From assembly GCA_050486305.1 (NCBI GenBank), contig JBJHDA010000001.1, forward strand, positions 371,071-435,070: a stretch of DNA of 64,000 nt, given 5' to 3'. The position numbers and the translations under genes are program-made. Positions 56,165 to 64,000 of this stretch are shown here, in pieces. How positions within the stretch are numbered: position 1 is the stretch's first letter; each line of letters opens with the position of its first letter. This stretch comes from Candidatus Saccharimonadota bacterium. GTDB taxonomy: Bacteria > Patescibacteriota > Saccharimonadia > Saccharimonadales > SLHW01. A model generated the notes under the pieces. It was given only the letters and a program-made list of their open reading frames with translations. It ran no database searches and had not been told where the DNA came from.

Positions 56165-57148
56165 TCAAGAATTGCTTTTCTTGTGCATCAGATCATGAGC
56201 CGCGATTGCGATATGCTTTGCAGTAAGGCCAAACCGCTCGAGTAACTCATCTGGATTACCCGATTCGCCGAAACGGTCACGCATTCCAATCCGCTTCATC
56301 GGAACCGGATGGTTTTCGGCTGCTAGCTCTGCAATGGCTCCGCCAAGCCCTCCACTTATCTGAGCTTCTTCGGCAGTGATAACATGATTTGTTTTTTGAA
56401 TGCTCTGGAGAATCGTTGCCCCATCAAGCGGCTTAATTGTCGGGACATGAACAACCTCAGCGTCGATACCCTCTTTATACAATGATTCAGCGGCTTTAAG
56501 AGCATGTAATGTCATGGTTCCCGTGGATATGATTGAGAGATCGCTCCCTGGAGACAGAACATATGCTTTGCCGATTTCAAACGGAGTATCTTCCGTAGTA
56601 AATACTGGCGTCTTTTCTCTGGCAAGCCGCAGATAACCAGGTCGCTTCTTATCCTGCGCTAGCGCCAGTGTTGCCTTTTCAGCTTCGACACTGTCACCTG
56701 GAGCGATTACCACCATATGAGGCAGCACGCGCATTAATGCTATGTCTTCCAACATTTGATGCGTCGCACCGTCCGGACCAACTGATACGCCTGCATGCGA
56801 GCCAACCACCTTCACCGGCTGTTCATTCAAGCAAATCGTCGTGCGTATTTGTTCCCAGTTCCTTCCTGGACTAAATGCTGCGTAGCTGCTTACGAACGGT
56901 ATCTTACCTGCTGCGGCCAAGCCCGATCCAACAGTAACCAAGTTCTGCTCAGCAACCCCAACTTCAATAAACCGCTCTGGGAAAGCGTCCGCAAATAGGT
57001 TCATCTGGGTCGAGCCTGTTAAATCAGCACATGCCGCAACAACATCGTCATTATTTTTTCCTGCTTGCAACAAGCCTCGGCCGAAACCTTTCCTAATTGG
57101 CTCCTGCTCTAGCTCTCCATGTATATCTTTTAGGTGTAGATTTTTCAT
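56165..57148 (-). CDS. transketolase, C-terminal (pyrimidine-binding) subunit
   Basis: 327 aa; FIEVGVAEQN, pyrimidine-binding and C-terminal domains; ATG 3 nt after the N-subunit stop. Confidence 0.9.
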   Translation of the reverse strand: MKNLHLKDIHGELEQEPIRKGFGRGLLQAGKNNDDVVAACADLTGSTQMNLFADAFPERFIEVGVAEQNLVTVGSGLAAAGKIPFVSSYAAFSPGRNWEQIRTTICLNEQPVKVVGSHAGVSVGPDGATHQMLEDIALMRVLPHMVVIAPGDSVEAEKATLALAQDKKRPGYLRLAREKTPVFTTEDTPFEIGKAYVLSPGSDLSIISTGTMTLHALKAAESLYKEGIDAEVVHVPTIKPLDGATILQSIQKTNHVITAEEAQISGGLGGAIAELAAENHPVPMKRIGMRDRFGESGNPDELLERFGLTAKHIAIAAHDLMHKKSNS

Positions 57149-57151
57149 AAT

Positions 57152-58009
57152 TTACTCGTGTTCACCCCGTATTTTGCCCCGTAGCGTCCGTAAATCTTTT
57201 AAGGCTTCTTTTGCTTGCTCTTTGTTTGGCGGAGCTCCGTGCCAATGAAAGTCATATTCCATAAAATCAACACCTTTGCCGGGCACGGTGTGTGCGATTA
57301 TCATGACGGGCTTTTCAACAATGGCCCGGCTCATGTTCAATGCGTCGATTACTGCCTCCATGTTATTGCCGTCTATGTCAAGCACAAACCAGCCAAACGC
57401 CTCCCATTTCGCCTTTAGGTCTTCCAGTGGCATAACGTCTTCAGTGGGTCCGTCTATTTGAATATTGTTCCGGTCAATAATTGCAGTGATATTGTTAAGG
57501 TTGTATTTGTTCGCCAGCATCGCGGCCTCCCATACATTACCCTCATTAATTTCACCGTCTCCCATTACAACGTATATCCACCGATGCATCTCCTTGTTCA
57601 TTCGCATTGCCAAGGCAAGTCCGCATGCCTGACTTAAACCGCACCCGAGTGGACCGCTCGTATTTTCTAGGCCTGGCAGCTTTGTGCGCTCCGGATGACC
57701 CTGCAGCCGTGAACCAAGCTTTCGCAACGTCATAAGCTCCTTGCGTTCAAAGTAGCCAGCATGTGCCATAGCAGCATATTGCACCGGTACGCAGTGTCCA
57801 TTGCTAAGTAAAAAAATATCCCTCTTATCCCAGTTCGGCTTCTTCGGATCATGTTTAAGAACGTCAAAGTAAAGTGCCGTTAAGATGTCAGCTAGCCCGA
57901 GTGGACCAGCGCTGTGTCCACTGCCAGCACGCTCAAGCATCTTAATAATATCCTGACGGATATCATTTGCAATCTTCTCTAGGTCGCTAATTGTATGTTT
58001 ATTTCTCAC
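57152..58009 (-). CDS. transketolase, N-terminal (TPP-binding) subunit
   Basis: 285 aa; GSGHSAGPLG, GDGEINEGNVWEA TPP motifs; GTG start 2 nt after the rpe-like stop. Confidence 0.9.
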   Translation of the reverse strand: MRNKHTISDLEKIANDIRQDIIKMLERAGSGHSAGPLGLADILTALYFDVLKHDPKKPNWDKRDIFLLSNGHCVPVQYAAMAHAGYFERKELMTLRKLGSRLQGHPERTKLPGLENTSGPLGCGLSQACGLALAMRMNKEMHRWIYVVMGDGEINEGNVWEAAMLANKYNLNNITAIIDRNNIQIDGPTEDVMPLEDLKAKWEAFGWFVLDIDGNNMEAVIDALNMSRAIVEKPVMIIAHTVPGKGVDFMEYDFHWHGAPPNKEQAKEALKDLRTLRGKIRGEHE

Positions 58010-58011
58010 GT

Positions 58012-58656
58012 TTATAACTGTTCCGCTTTACTAACTAGTGTATCATAGGCATTCTTCGGGTCGGCTGTCTGATGGATAGCTCCGCCGACATTCAAGACGT
58101 CTACCCCTGCCTCTACCAAAGTTCGTATGTTTGACTCATTTATACCCCCGTCCCAGGCAATCTCAACCTCCGGATGAATATCGTGAATAAACCCAACCTT
58201 TTCAAGCAAGCCAAAGTCTGCTTCTCCGCCATGATGGCCAAGATCCCCGCTAAAAACCAAGACTTGGTCAAAGCTGTGCATAATTTGCTCAGCCCATTCC
58301 GCTGGGGTGTCTTGCAGAAGTGCAAGCCCAACCTTTATGCCTTCTTTGTGTAGCTCTGCGGCGAGATGCATATGATGAACATGTGCCTCATTATGCACAA
58401 TCACCATATGCGGATGCGGTTTCATATGTAAAATCGTGTCAAGATACTTCATCGGCTCCTGGTACATCAGATGCAAGTCTGCCTTAACGTGATGAGGCCA
58501 CCATATTTCTTCAAGAGGCGGGGATGTAGTCGGCGCGAACTCTCCGTCCATCAAGTCGATATGGATCCGAGGAGCAAATGACGATACGAGCTGAAGCTGA
58601 TTTCCATACGACTCGAGGTCAAACGCGGTCACCGTTGGGCAAATCGCCGCATTCAT
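58012..58656 (-). CDS. rpe: ribulose-phosphate 3-epimerase-like TIM-barrel protein (divergent)
   Basis: IHIDLMDGEFAP (HxDxMDG), HLM, H-x-E, DGG and VGG positions collinear with Rpe, but the phosphate-loop region is unusual (SGDLGHHGG) and His-rich. Confidence 0.55.
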   Translation of the reverse strand: MNAAICPTVTAFDLESYGNQLQLVSSFAPRIHIDLMDGEFAPTTSPPLEEIWWPHHVKADLHLMYQEPMKYLDTILHMKPHPHMVIVHNEAHVHHMHLAAELHKEGIKVGLALLQDTPAEWAEQIMHSFDQVLVFSGDLGHHGGEADFGLLEKVGFIHDIHPEVEIAWDGGINESNIRTLVEAGVDVLNVGGAIHQTADPKNAYDTLVSKAEQL

Positions 58657-58804
58657 TGCATTTCCCTTTGCTGTGCGAATATATTAATCGTTTTACGTAA
58701 AGCCACTGCAAACATTCCTGCGAACAATAAGACTAATTTGACCATAAGCTTATTGTAACGATTAATCGTTTGCTAAACTAGTGGGTAGATGGAGGATATC
58801 ACGA

Positions 58805-60022
58805 GTGGTGTATAAAAATACCAGGGAAAAGCACAGCCGTAAACGAAAGCTAATCATCATAGCAGCACTCATTATAGTTTTAGTAGGTGCTGGAGCAGCA
58901 CTGCTCCATTTCTACCCTAACGAAACAAACGATGCGCCGGCGCAACAAACTTCCTCTGAGGCAACAATAGATACAAGTATAGAGAAAGTTACTGGGCGAT
59001 ACTTATTTACCGGAACGACTGTTCCAGCTCGTGGCATACAGCAGCAAGCTACACGACCAGATGGCTCAATTGATTACAACCAGCCGTTTTCAGAGCTTCA
59101 CACGCTTGAACCAGAAAAATACGATGCCTGGATGACAGAGCTTGAGTGCCCGATCACTGAGCGACAAATGACTTTTCGTGAACAAGTCGATACCTTAACG
59201 TTTAATTGTCTGCCTGGATTTGTCGATCCACTAGTTGAATATTTCGAACTTATAAGCTTGGCTAACAACCATTCCGGTGACCTCGGCCTGGCAGCTTTTG
59301 AAGAAACGCAAGAAAGACTCAATGACGGAGGCGCTCAAATATTCGGCCATTACCTACCCAGCGAAACTGAAGACACCTGTGAAGTAATTGGTCTTCCGGT
59401 GCGCATTCAGTCTGGCGAAGAAGAAACTAACGGTCGCCTCCCCATTGCTTTTTGTGCATGGCATTACTTCAACATGACGCCGGAGCAAGGTGAACTTGAG
59501 GCAATACTTGAATACGTCGATATATTGCCCGTATTCGCCTTTACCCATGCTGGCGCTGAGTATTTTGCCGAAGCGCAACCACCAGAAGAAGAACTTACTC
59601 GAGCAGTGCTTGACCTAGGTGCCGAGTTTATTATCAATAACAACCCTCACTGGGTGCAAAATACCGAAGTTTACAACAATAAATTAATTGTATATTCAAC
59701 GGGTAATTTTATGTTCGATCAACTGGATGAAGAAACTAACCGTGCTGCCAACATCGACACAACTATCACCGTAGAATACGATGAGAATGTTGCTGCGTGG
59801 CTAGAACTTGGCGAGGAGTGTGTCGGTCGGGGCGATCAGTGCTTAAGTCAAGCACGTGAATTAGGGCTAGAAAAGATTAATATCGACTATACCTTTGACG
59901 TTGTGGCAAGCTATAACGGCTATCGAGAGCTTCCGCGTAAAGCCAGCGAACAAACCCAGGCCGCCATTGAAGAGCGTATGAACTGGCAGCAAACTCTACG
60001 CGAACTCGGACAAATCAATTAG
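58805..60022 (+). CDS. CapA family (PGA_cap metallophosphatase-like) membrane-anchored protein
   Basis: LANNHSGDLG and downstream metallophosphatase-like pattern; N-terminal TM. Start set to GTG 58805 (GGAGGA 8 nt upstream). Confidence 0.55.
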   Translation: MVYKNTREKHSRKRKLIIIAALIIVLVGAGAALLHFYPNETNDAPAQQTSSEATIDTSIEKVTGRYLFTGTTVPARGIQQQATRPDGSIDYNQPFSELHTLEPEKYDAWMTELECPITERQMTFREQVDTLTFNCLPGFVDPLVEYFELISLANNHSGDLGLAAFEETQERLNDGGAQIFGHYLPSETEDTCEVIGLPVRIQSGEEETNGRLPIAFCAWHYFNMTPEQGELEAILEYVDILPVFAFTHAGAEYFAEAQPPEEELTRAVLDLGAEFIINNNPHWVQNTEVYNNKLIVYSTGNFMFDQLDEETNRAANIDTTITVEYDENVAAWLELGEECVGRGDQCLSQARELGLEKINIDYTFDVVASYNGYRELPRKASEQTQAAIEERMNWQQTLRELGQIN

Positions 60023-60936
60023 CGTGTAGCTTCTATAAGCGGGGATATGACAGCGTCAGCTATGGTCCGGACTTCTTGGTAGTAAGCGCTGTCACTGAAG
60101 ATGCTCACGATAACTGAGCGGCCATTTGGTAGCTCTATTATTGCCGCATCAAGCCAGCCTTCGTCATATAAGCCCGGCTTATTATAAACAGCAACATTTG
60201 CCGATGCCGAAAACGCAGATGGGAGACCCTGCCTAAATTCACGCTCAGGATAATCACTTAGGGCATCACGGAACAACTCAGTGTTATCGGCCGTTAGATC
60301 ACTTTGATTATAGAGCCGCTTTAAGATCGTGTTGGCATCTTGAGTCGTAGTCGTAATCGCCAACAAATCAGTATCTGTTAACCCCATATCCCGTAAACGA
60401 TTATTGCCCGTATCTCTCCCTTGCTCCTCCCACATCTGCTCAGGGCACGGACTATCGGAATCGCGAAGCATTACAACAATACACTCAAGACGCGTTCTTC
60501 CTTGATTATATGGCTCGTCCGGATCATGAATACCCGACTGTATATCAATAAGCCCTAAGTACGCGACATACAGCTTATAGATACTCGCTGTAAAATACTC
60601 TGCGTCCTCACGGTGCGATGCTAATACTTTACCTGTCTCCGGATCTTCAAGCATGACTGAGTGTTGGCCACGCAGATTCGCCAATACGGCATCAAGCTCA
60701 GACTGGACACTTGGGAGCTCACCTAGTGTTTCACCCTGATCGTTCTGTGAGTCATCGTTGGACTCATTTGTTTGTTCTTGGCTAACACTATTAGTAGTGC
60801 TGTCTGCCTCCCGCTGCTGCATAAAAAAGTAATAGGCAGCACCTCCTAACAGAAATAGCCCGACAAGAGTTAGCGGAACCAGCAAATGGCGATGCCGTCT
60901 AATACCTCTGTATGACTTCGTATTTCGTCGATGCAT
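60019..60936 (-). CDS. membrane-anchored serine hydrolase, class A beta-lactamase-like (tentative)
   Basis: N-terminal TM; ASIYK (SxxK), SDS and KPG at positions compatible with SxxK/SDN/KTG. 4-nt convergent overlap with the CapA-like gene. Confidence 0.4.
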   Translation of the reverse strand: MHRRNTKSYRGIRRHRHLLVPLTLVGLFLLGGAAYYFFMQQREADSTTNSVSQEQTNESNDDSQNDQGETLGELPSVQSELDAVLANLRGQHSVMLEDPETGKVLASHREDAEYFTASIYKLYVAYLGLIDIQSGIHDPDEPYNQGRTRLECIVVMLRDSDSPCPEQMWEEQGRDTGNNRLRDMGLTDTDLLAITTTTQDANTILKRLYNQSDLTADNTELFRDALSDYPEREFRQGLPSAFSASANVAVYNKPGLYDEGWLDAAIIELPNGRSVIVSIFSDSAYYQEVRTIADAVISPLIEATR

Positions 60937-60989
60937 TCTATATGTAGCCTACATGAGTGTTGAAAAAATCGATAGAGTAAGCATCACAG

Positions 60990-61439
60990 CTAGTGAGGTA
61001 AATCGTCCAGTTGCCTGATGCGCCGGCGAAAACGCGGCGCGTCAGCAAACGGCGTGTTTAGAAAAGTCTCCACAAGCATATTTACCTTGTCCTCTGCCAA
61101 TGTCCTTGATGGCAAACACAGCACGTTAGCGTCATCGTCAGAACGTGCCGCGCGAATCGATTCGCGGTCGTATCCCAGCGCAGCGCGTATCCCCTTAAAA
61201 CGATTTGCAGCCATACACATTCCTTGTCCGCTCCCGCAGATCAATATTGCTCGTGCGCCTTCATCATCACTCCCGAGCAAATCACTCACAGCTTTCTGGG
61301 CGAATACCGGAAAATCATCCTGTGGATCAGGTCTTTCATCCCCTTCATCAACCACATCATAGCCAGCACGCGCTAAGTATTCAGCAAGCTTCGTGCGTAA
61401 CATATATCCATTATGATCAGAGCCAAGGTAAACTTTCAT
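60990..61439 (-). CDS. rpiB: ribose-5-phosphate isomerase B
   Basis: MKVYLGSDHNGY, ILICGSGQGMCMAANR; 149 aa; GAGGA upstream. Confidence 0.93.
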   Translation of the reverse strand: MKVYLGSDHNGYMLRTKLAEYLARAGYDVVDEGDERPDPQDDFPVFAQKAVSDLLGSDDEGARAILICGSGQGMCMAANRFKGIRAALGYDRESIRAARSDDDANVLCLPSRTLAEDKVNMLVETFLNTPFADAPRFRRRIRQLDDLPH

Positions 61440-61455
61440 ATGTTCGTCCTCTCGA

Positions 61456-62472
61456 CTACTTTTTGTGGAGTAAACGGCCGAAGTCAGCTACTTGCTCAAC
61501 AAGTCGATTACTGTACCCCCACTCATTGTCGTACCACACGACAATCTTCGCTAAGTTTCCGCCAACAACGTTAGTTAGCAATAAATCAACCGTTCCGGAG
61601 TGGCTGTTTCCGATATAGTCATGGCTTACGAGCGGCTCCTCGCTCACGCCGATTATTCCCTGATAGTACGGCTCTTTTACCGCCTTACGGAATACATCGT
61701 TTAGCTGTTCACGAGTGGTCTCACGCTTTAAAACCATCGTGATATCACTGAGCGAAACAACCGACGTAGGGACTCGAATACTTAGTCCATCGAACTTATT
61801 TTTCAAGCTTGGTACTGTTAGGGCTGTTGCGATTGCTGCCCCGGTTGTTGTCGGTACGATATTTTGAGCTGCCGCTCGTGCTTCCCGCAAGTCTTTATGT
61901 GGCCCGTCTTGCAGATTTTGACTGGCAGTGTAACTATGAACGGTCGTCAGCATAGCTTTTTCTACGCCAAAGTTCTGCTCCATGATATCCATAACCGATG
62001 CGGCACTGTTCGTGGTGCAGCTTGCATTACTGACAATGTCGCCTGCCGACTCAAGTGTATCTTCATTTGCTCCTATCACGACTGTCTGTATATCGCCACC
62101 CTTTGCTGGTGCAGACAGGACAACCTTCTTTGCCCCGGCAGTCAGATGCGCGCTGGCTAATTCTTCCGTCGTAAACCTGCCGGTCGACTCGATCACCACG
62201 TCGACATTCTTCTCTTTCCATGGCAGCTTAGCAGGATCTTTTTCCGCATAAACGGGTATTTCCGTCCCATCTACCGTAATTGCGTTATCATTATTGTTTA
62301 TGTCGTGATGGTATTCGCCGTAATTCGTATCGTATTTCAATAGGTGCGCTAACATACGTGTGTCGGTCAGATCATTAATCGCGACAATCTCTATGTCGGT
62401 ACGCTCAAAGGCAATGCGGAAAGACAATCGCCCAATTCTTCCAAAACCATTAATTGCCACCCGTGTCTTCAT
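61456..62472 (-). CDS. gap: glyceraldehyde-3-phosphate dehydrogenase
   Basis: MKTRVAINGFGRIGR, SCTTNS active site. ATG 62472 (AGGAG 8 nt upstream) preferred over TTG 62478. Confidence 0.96.
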   Translation of the reverse strand: MKTRVAINGFGRIGRLSFRIAFERTDIEIVAINDLTDTRMLAHLLKYDTNYGEYHHDINNNDNAITVDGTEIPVYAEKDPAKLPWKEKNVDVVIESTGRFTTEELASAHLTAGAKKVVLSAPAKGGDIQTVVIGANEDTLESAGDIVSNASCTTNSAASVMDIMEQNFGVEKAMLTTVHSYTASQNLQDGPHKDLREARAAAQNIVPTTTGAAIATALTVPSLKNKFDGLSIRVPTSVVSLSDITMVLKRETTREQLNDVFRKAVKEPYYQGIIGVSEEPLVSHDYIGNSHSGTVDLLLTNVVGGNLAKIVVWYDNEWGYSNRLVEQVADFGRLLHKK

Positions 62473-62521
62473 ATCCAAAGCTCCTCTTATTTATCTATTA
62501 GCCACTAGCATTATGGGCTTC

Positions 62522-62551
62522 ATTGTACGAGAGGAGGCAGGCTTCGTGCAA
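62522..62551 (-). promoter_or_regulatory. candidate gap promoter
   Basis: Gene-strand TTGCAC (62551..62546), 18 nt, TACAAT (62527..62522). Confidence 0.4.
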
Positions 62552-62552
62552 G

Positions 62553-63083
62553 TTATTGCGTTTTGTAGCGCTCAATGCATTCGTTAATAATTGTCTTCGC
62601 GTCTTCGACTGATCCCCAGCCAAGAACCTTTGTCGTTCCCGGCTTCTTCAGGTCTTTATAGTGATTGAAGTGATATTCAACTTGATTTTTCCACTGGTCA
62701 GATAAGTCATCAAGTGAAGAAATAGCGTTACCGCTGTCACGATCATCAGCAGGCACTACTACAACCTTATGATCCATTTCGTTGTCGTCTTCAAAATTCA
62801 TAACGCCGATAATCTTTGCCTCTAGCCAGATACCCGTTGGTAACGGCTCTTTCGTTACGATAAGCGTATCGAGCTCATCACCGTCTTCATCAAGTGTTTG
62901 CGGAATAAAGCCGTAGTTGCACGGCTTTGCAAAAATACTCGGCTCGACCCGATCAAGCATAAAACAAGCACGCTGGCGATCCCACTCGACTTTTAATGAA
63001 GAGCCCTCGGGTATCTCCACAACAGTATTCACGTTGCCGTCAGAAACGTTTCCAGGTGTTAAAACTTTGTTAAAATCAGCCAT
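62553..63083 (-). CDS. ppa: inorganic pyrophosphatase (family I)
   Basis: VVEIPEGSSLKVEWD, DGDELDTLIV, 176 aa; GGAGG upstream. Confidence 0.93.
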   Translation of the reverse strand: MADFNKVLTPGNVSDGNVNTVVEIPEGSSLKVEWDRQRACFMLDRVEPSIFAKPCNYGFIPQTLDEDGDELDTLIVTKEPLPTGIWLEAKIIGVMNFEDDNEMDHKVVVVPADDRDSGNAISSLDDLSDQWKNQVEYHFNHYKDLKKPGTTKVLGWGSVEDAKTIINECIERYKTQ

Positions 63084-63170
63084 ATTTCCTCCGTAATTTC
63101 AGTTTATCCATCTATACAATTATTACATTTATGCCATGAGTCATGCGTGATTATTGTACACTACAACATA

Positions 63171-63845
63171 ATGAATATCATAGGACACCGCGGTGTTGCC
63201 GGGCATGAGCTTGAAAACACCGAGCCAAGTTTTATCCGCGCCATGAACATGGGGCTTACGGCTGTGGAGCTTGACGTCCGAAAAACAAAAGACAATAAAC
63301 TGGTTGTCTGTCATGACCCAGACCTCGATAGGATTGCGCTCAGAAAAGAACGTGTACAAGACCTAACACTATCCGAGCTCAAAAAAATACCCCTTATCAA
63401 CGGCACACATTTACTAGCGCTCGATGAAGCACTCGAGCTTTTGGAAGGAGTGCAGATTATTGTCGAGGTAAAAGACGAGGGGTGCGGACGGGAGCTGCTC
63501 CCAATTATTAAAAAATACCAACGGCAATCAATAACTATCGCATCATTTAAGCTGCGTGAGCTGGCTGTTTATCAAGATCTTGGCATTCGTAATGAGCTGT
63601 ACGGTGTTGAGCACACGAAGCCATTTGATATAATTCACTTTGCTAAAATACTACGGCTTGACGGCATCGGACTAAACTTCTGGCTCTTAAACCCGTTAAC
63701 CTACTTTTTGTGTAAAAAAGCGAAATTAAAAATATACGTCTATACAGTTAATAATATGTTTATTGGAAAACTCATAAGATGGCTCTACCCGACCGTTGCG
63801 ATCTGTACCGACTATCCAGAAAAGTTCCTTCAAGATACCAAATAA
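63171..63845 (+). CDS. glycerophosphodiester phosphodiesterase family protein
   Basis: IIGHRGVAGHELENTEPSF...VELDVRKTKDNKLVVCHD (GDPD HRG/ENT/E-D motifs). ATG 63171 with TACACT 8 nt upstream. Confidence 0.85.
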   Translation: MNIIGHRGVAGHELENTEPSFIRAMNMGLTAVELDVRKTKDNKLVVCHDPDLDRIALRKERVQDLTLSELKKIPLINGTHLLALDEALELLEGVQIIVEVKDEGCGRELLPIIKKYQRQSITIASFKLRELAVYQDLGIRNELYGVEHTKPFDIIHFAKILRLDGIGLNFWLLNPLTYFLCKKAKLKIYVYTVNNMFIGKLIRWLYPTVAICTDYPEKFLQDTK

Positions 63846-63849
63846 CGCT

Positions 63850-64000
63850 ATGTATAAAGCGACATTTATAAAAAAGGAGCAAGTAGCAGATGGGACTTTC
63901 TCGTTTTGGTTTTCGCTGCACGAGCGGCTCCACTACACACCCGGCCAATTCGTAGAACTAACACTTCCGCACGATAGCAATGACAGCCGCGGGGAAAAAC
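63850..64000 (+). CDS. FAD-binding oxidoreductase (ferredoxin-reductase-type domain), N-terminal fragment running off the window
   Basis: ATG 63850; MYKATFIKKEQVADGTFSFWFSL...PGQFVELTLPH resembles the FNR-like beta-barrel start. Not in the ORF track because it is truncated. Confidence 0.4.
   Translation, partial: MYKATFIKKEQVADGTFSFWFSLHERLHYTPGQFVELTLPHDSNDSRGEK

Noticed and set aside
56165-58009. Transketolase split into two ORFs as a possible frameshift or pseudogene
   Set aside because: Two-subunit transketolases (an N-terminal TPP subunit plus a C-terminal subunit) are a common natural arrangement. Both ORFs are intact, with a 3-nt gap and their own start codons.
63141-63359. 72-aa minus-strand ORF overlapping the start of the GDPD gene
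   Set aside because: It is antisense to a well-supported plus-strand CDS and has no motif or start context.
1-64000. Alternative genetic code (UGA recoding, as in some candidate phyla)
   Set aside because: TGA is used as a genuine stop at well-defined gene ends with the next gene starting immediately (for example rnhB 36930, gatA 48784, and the ORF before rsmD at 19196). All conserved proteins have normal lengths under the standard bacterial code.
1-64000. CRISPR arrays, long tandem repeats, IS elements
   Set aside because: None was noticed while reading the intergenic regions, which are all shorter than 400 bp. I could not run a repeat finder, so dispersed repeats inside genes cannot be excluded.

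Overview
The window is about nine-tenths coding, estimated by eye. I call 56 protein genes (2 partial) and one tRNA-Leu, with 49 of the 56 CDS on the minus strand.

The content is core housekeeping of a compact bacterial genome. The gene set and architecture look like Patescibacteria/CPR, possibly Saccharibacteria, but that is inference only.

Main gene blocks:
- rpoB-rpoC-rpsL-rpsG-(ORF83)-fusA-tuf-rpsJ-rplC-rplD
- tig, two orphan ORFs, clpP and hisS
- rsmD, recG, tyrS, a class A PBP, radA, clpC, nusA, pepN, yraN/rnhB/rplS, an isolated pilB, dnaE and galU
- gatC-gatA-(ORF146)-gatB, then uvrB
- a sugar-phosphate cluster: PfkB kinase, fba, split transketolase, rpe-like, rpiB, gap and ppa

I saw no rRNA, CRISPR array, transposase, integrase, phage gene or recognisable defence gene. 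I also found no clear self-contained novel multi-gene system.

Most notable observations:
1. CIRCE (HrcA-type) operators sit in front of clpC (18/18 match) and clpP (17/18).
2. RNAP beta-prime has lost the Cys ligands of both zinc sites, and PilB has lost its tetracysteine motif.
3. TyrRS carries TVGN in place of HIGH.
4. At 17 genes a -10-like hexamer, most often TATACT, lies 6-11 nt upstream of an ATG with no Shine-Dalgarno. This suggests widespread leaderless or near-leaderless mRNAs.
5. Orphan ORFs are wedged, with coupling signals, inside the str and gatCAB operons and between tig and clpP.
6. An intrinsic terminator sits in the nusA leader.

All family calls rest on motifs I recognise by eye. 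No BLAST or HMM search was run.
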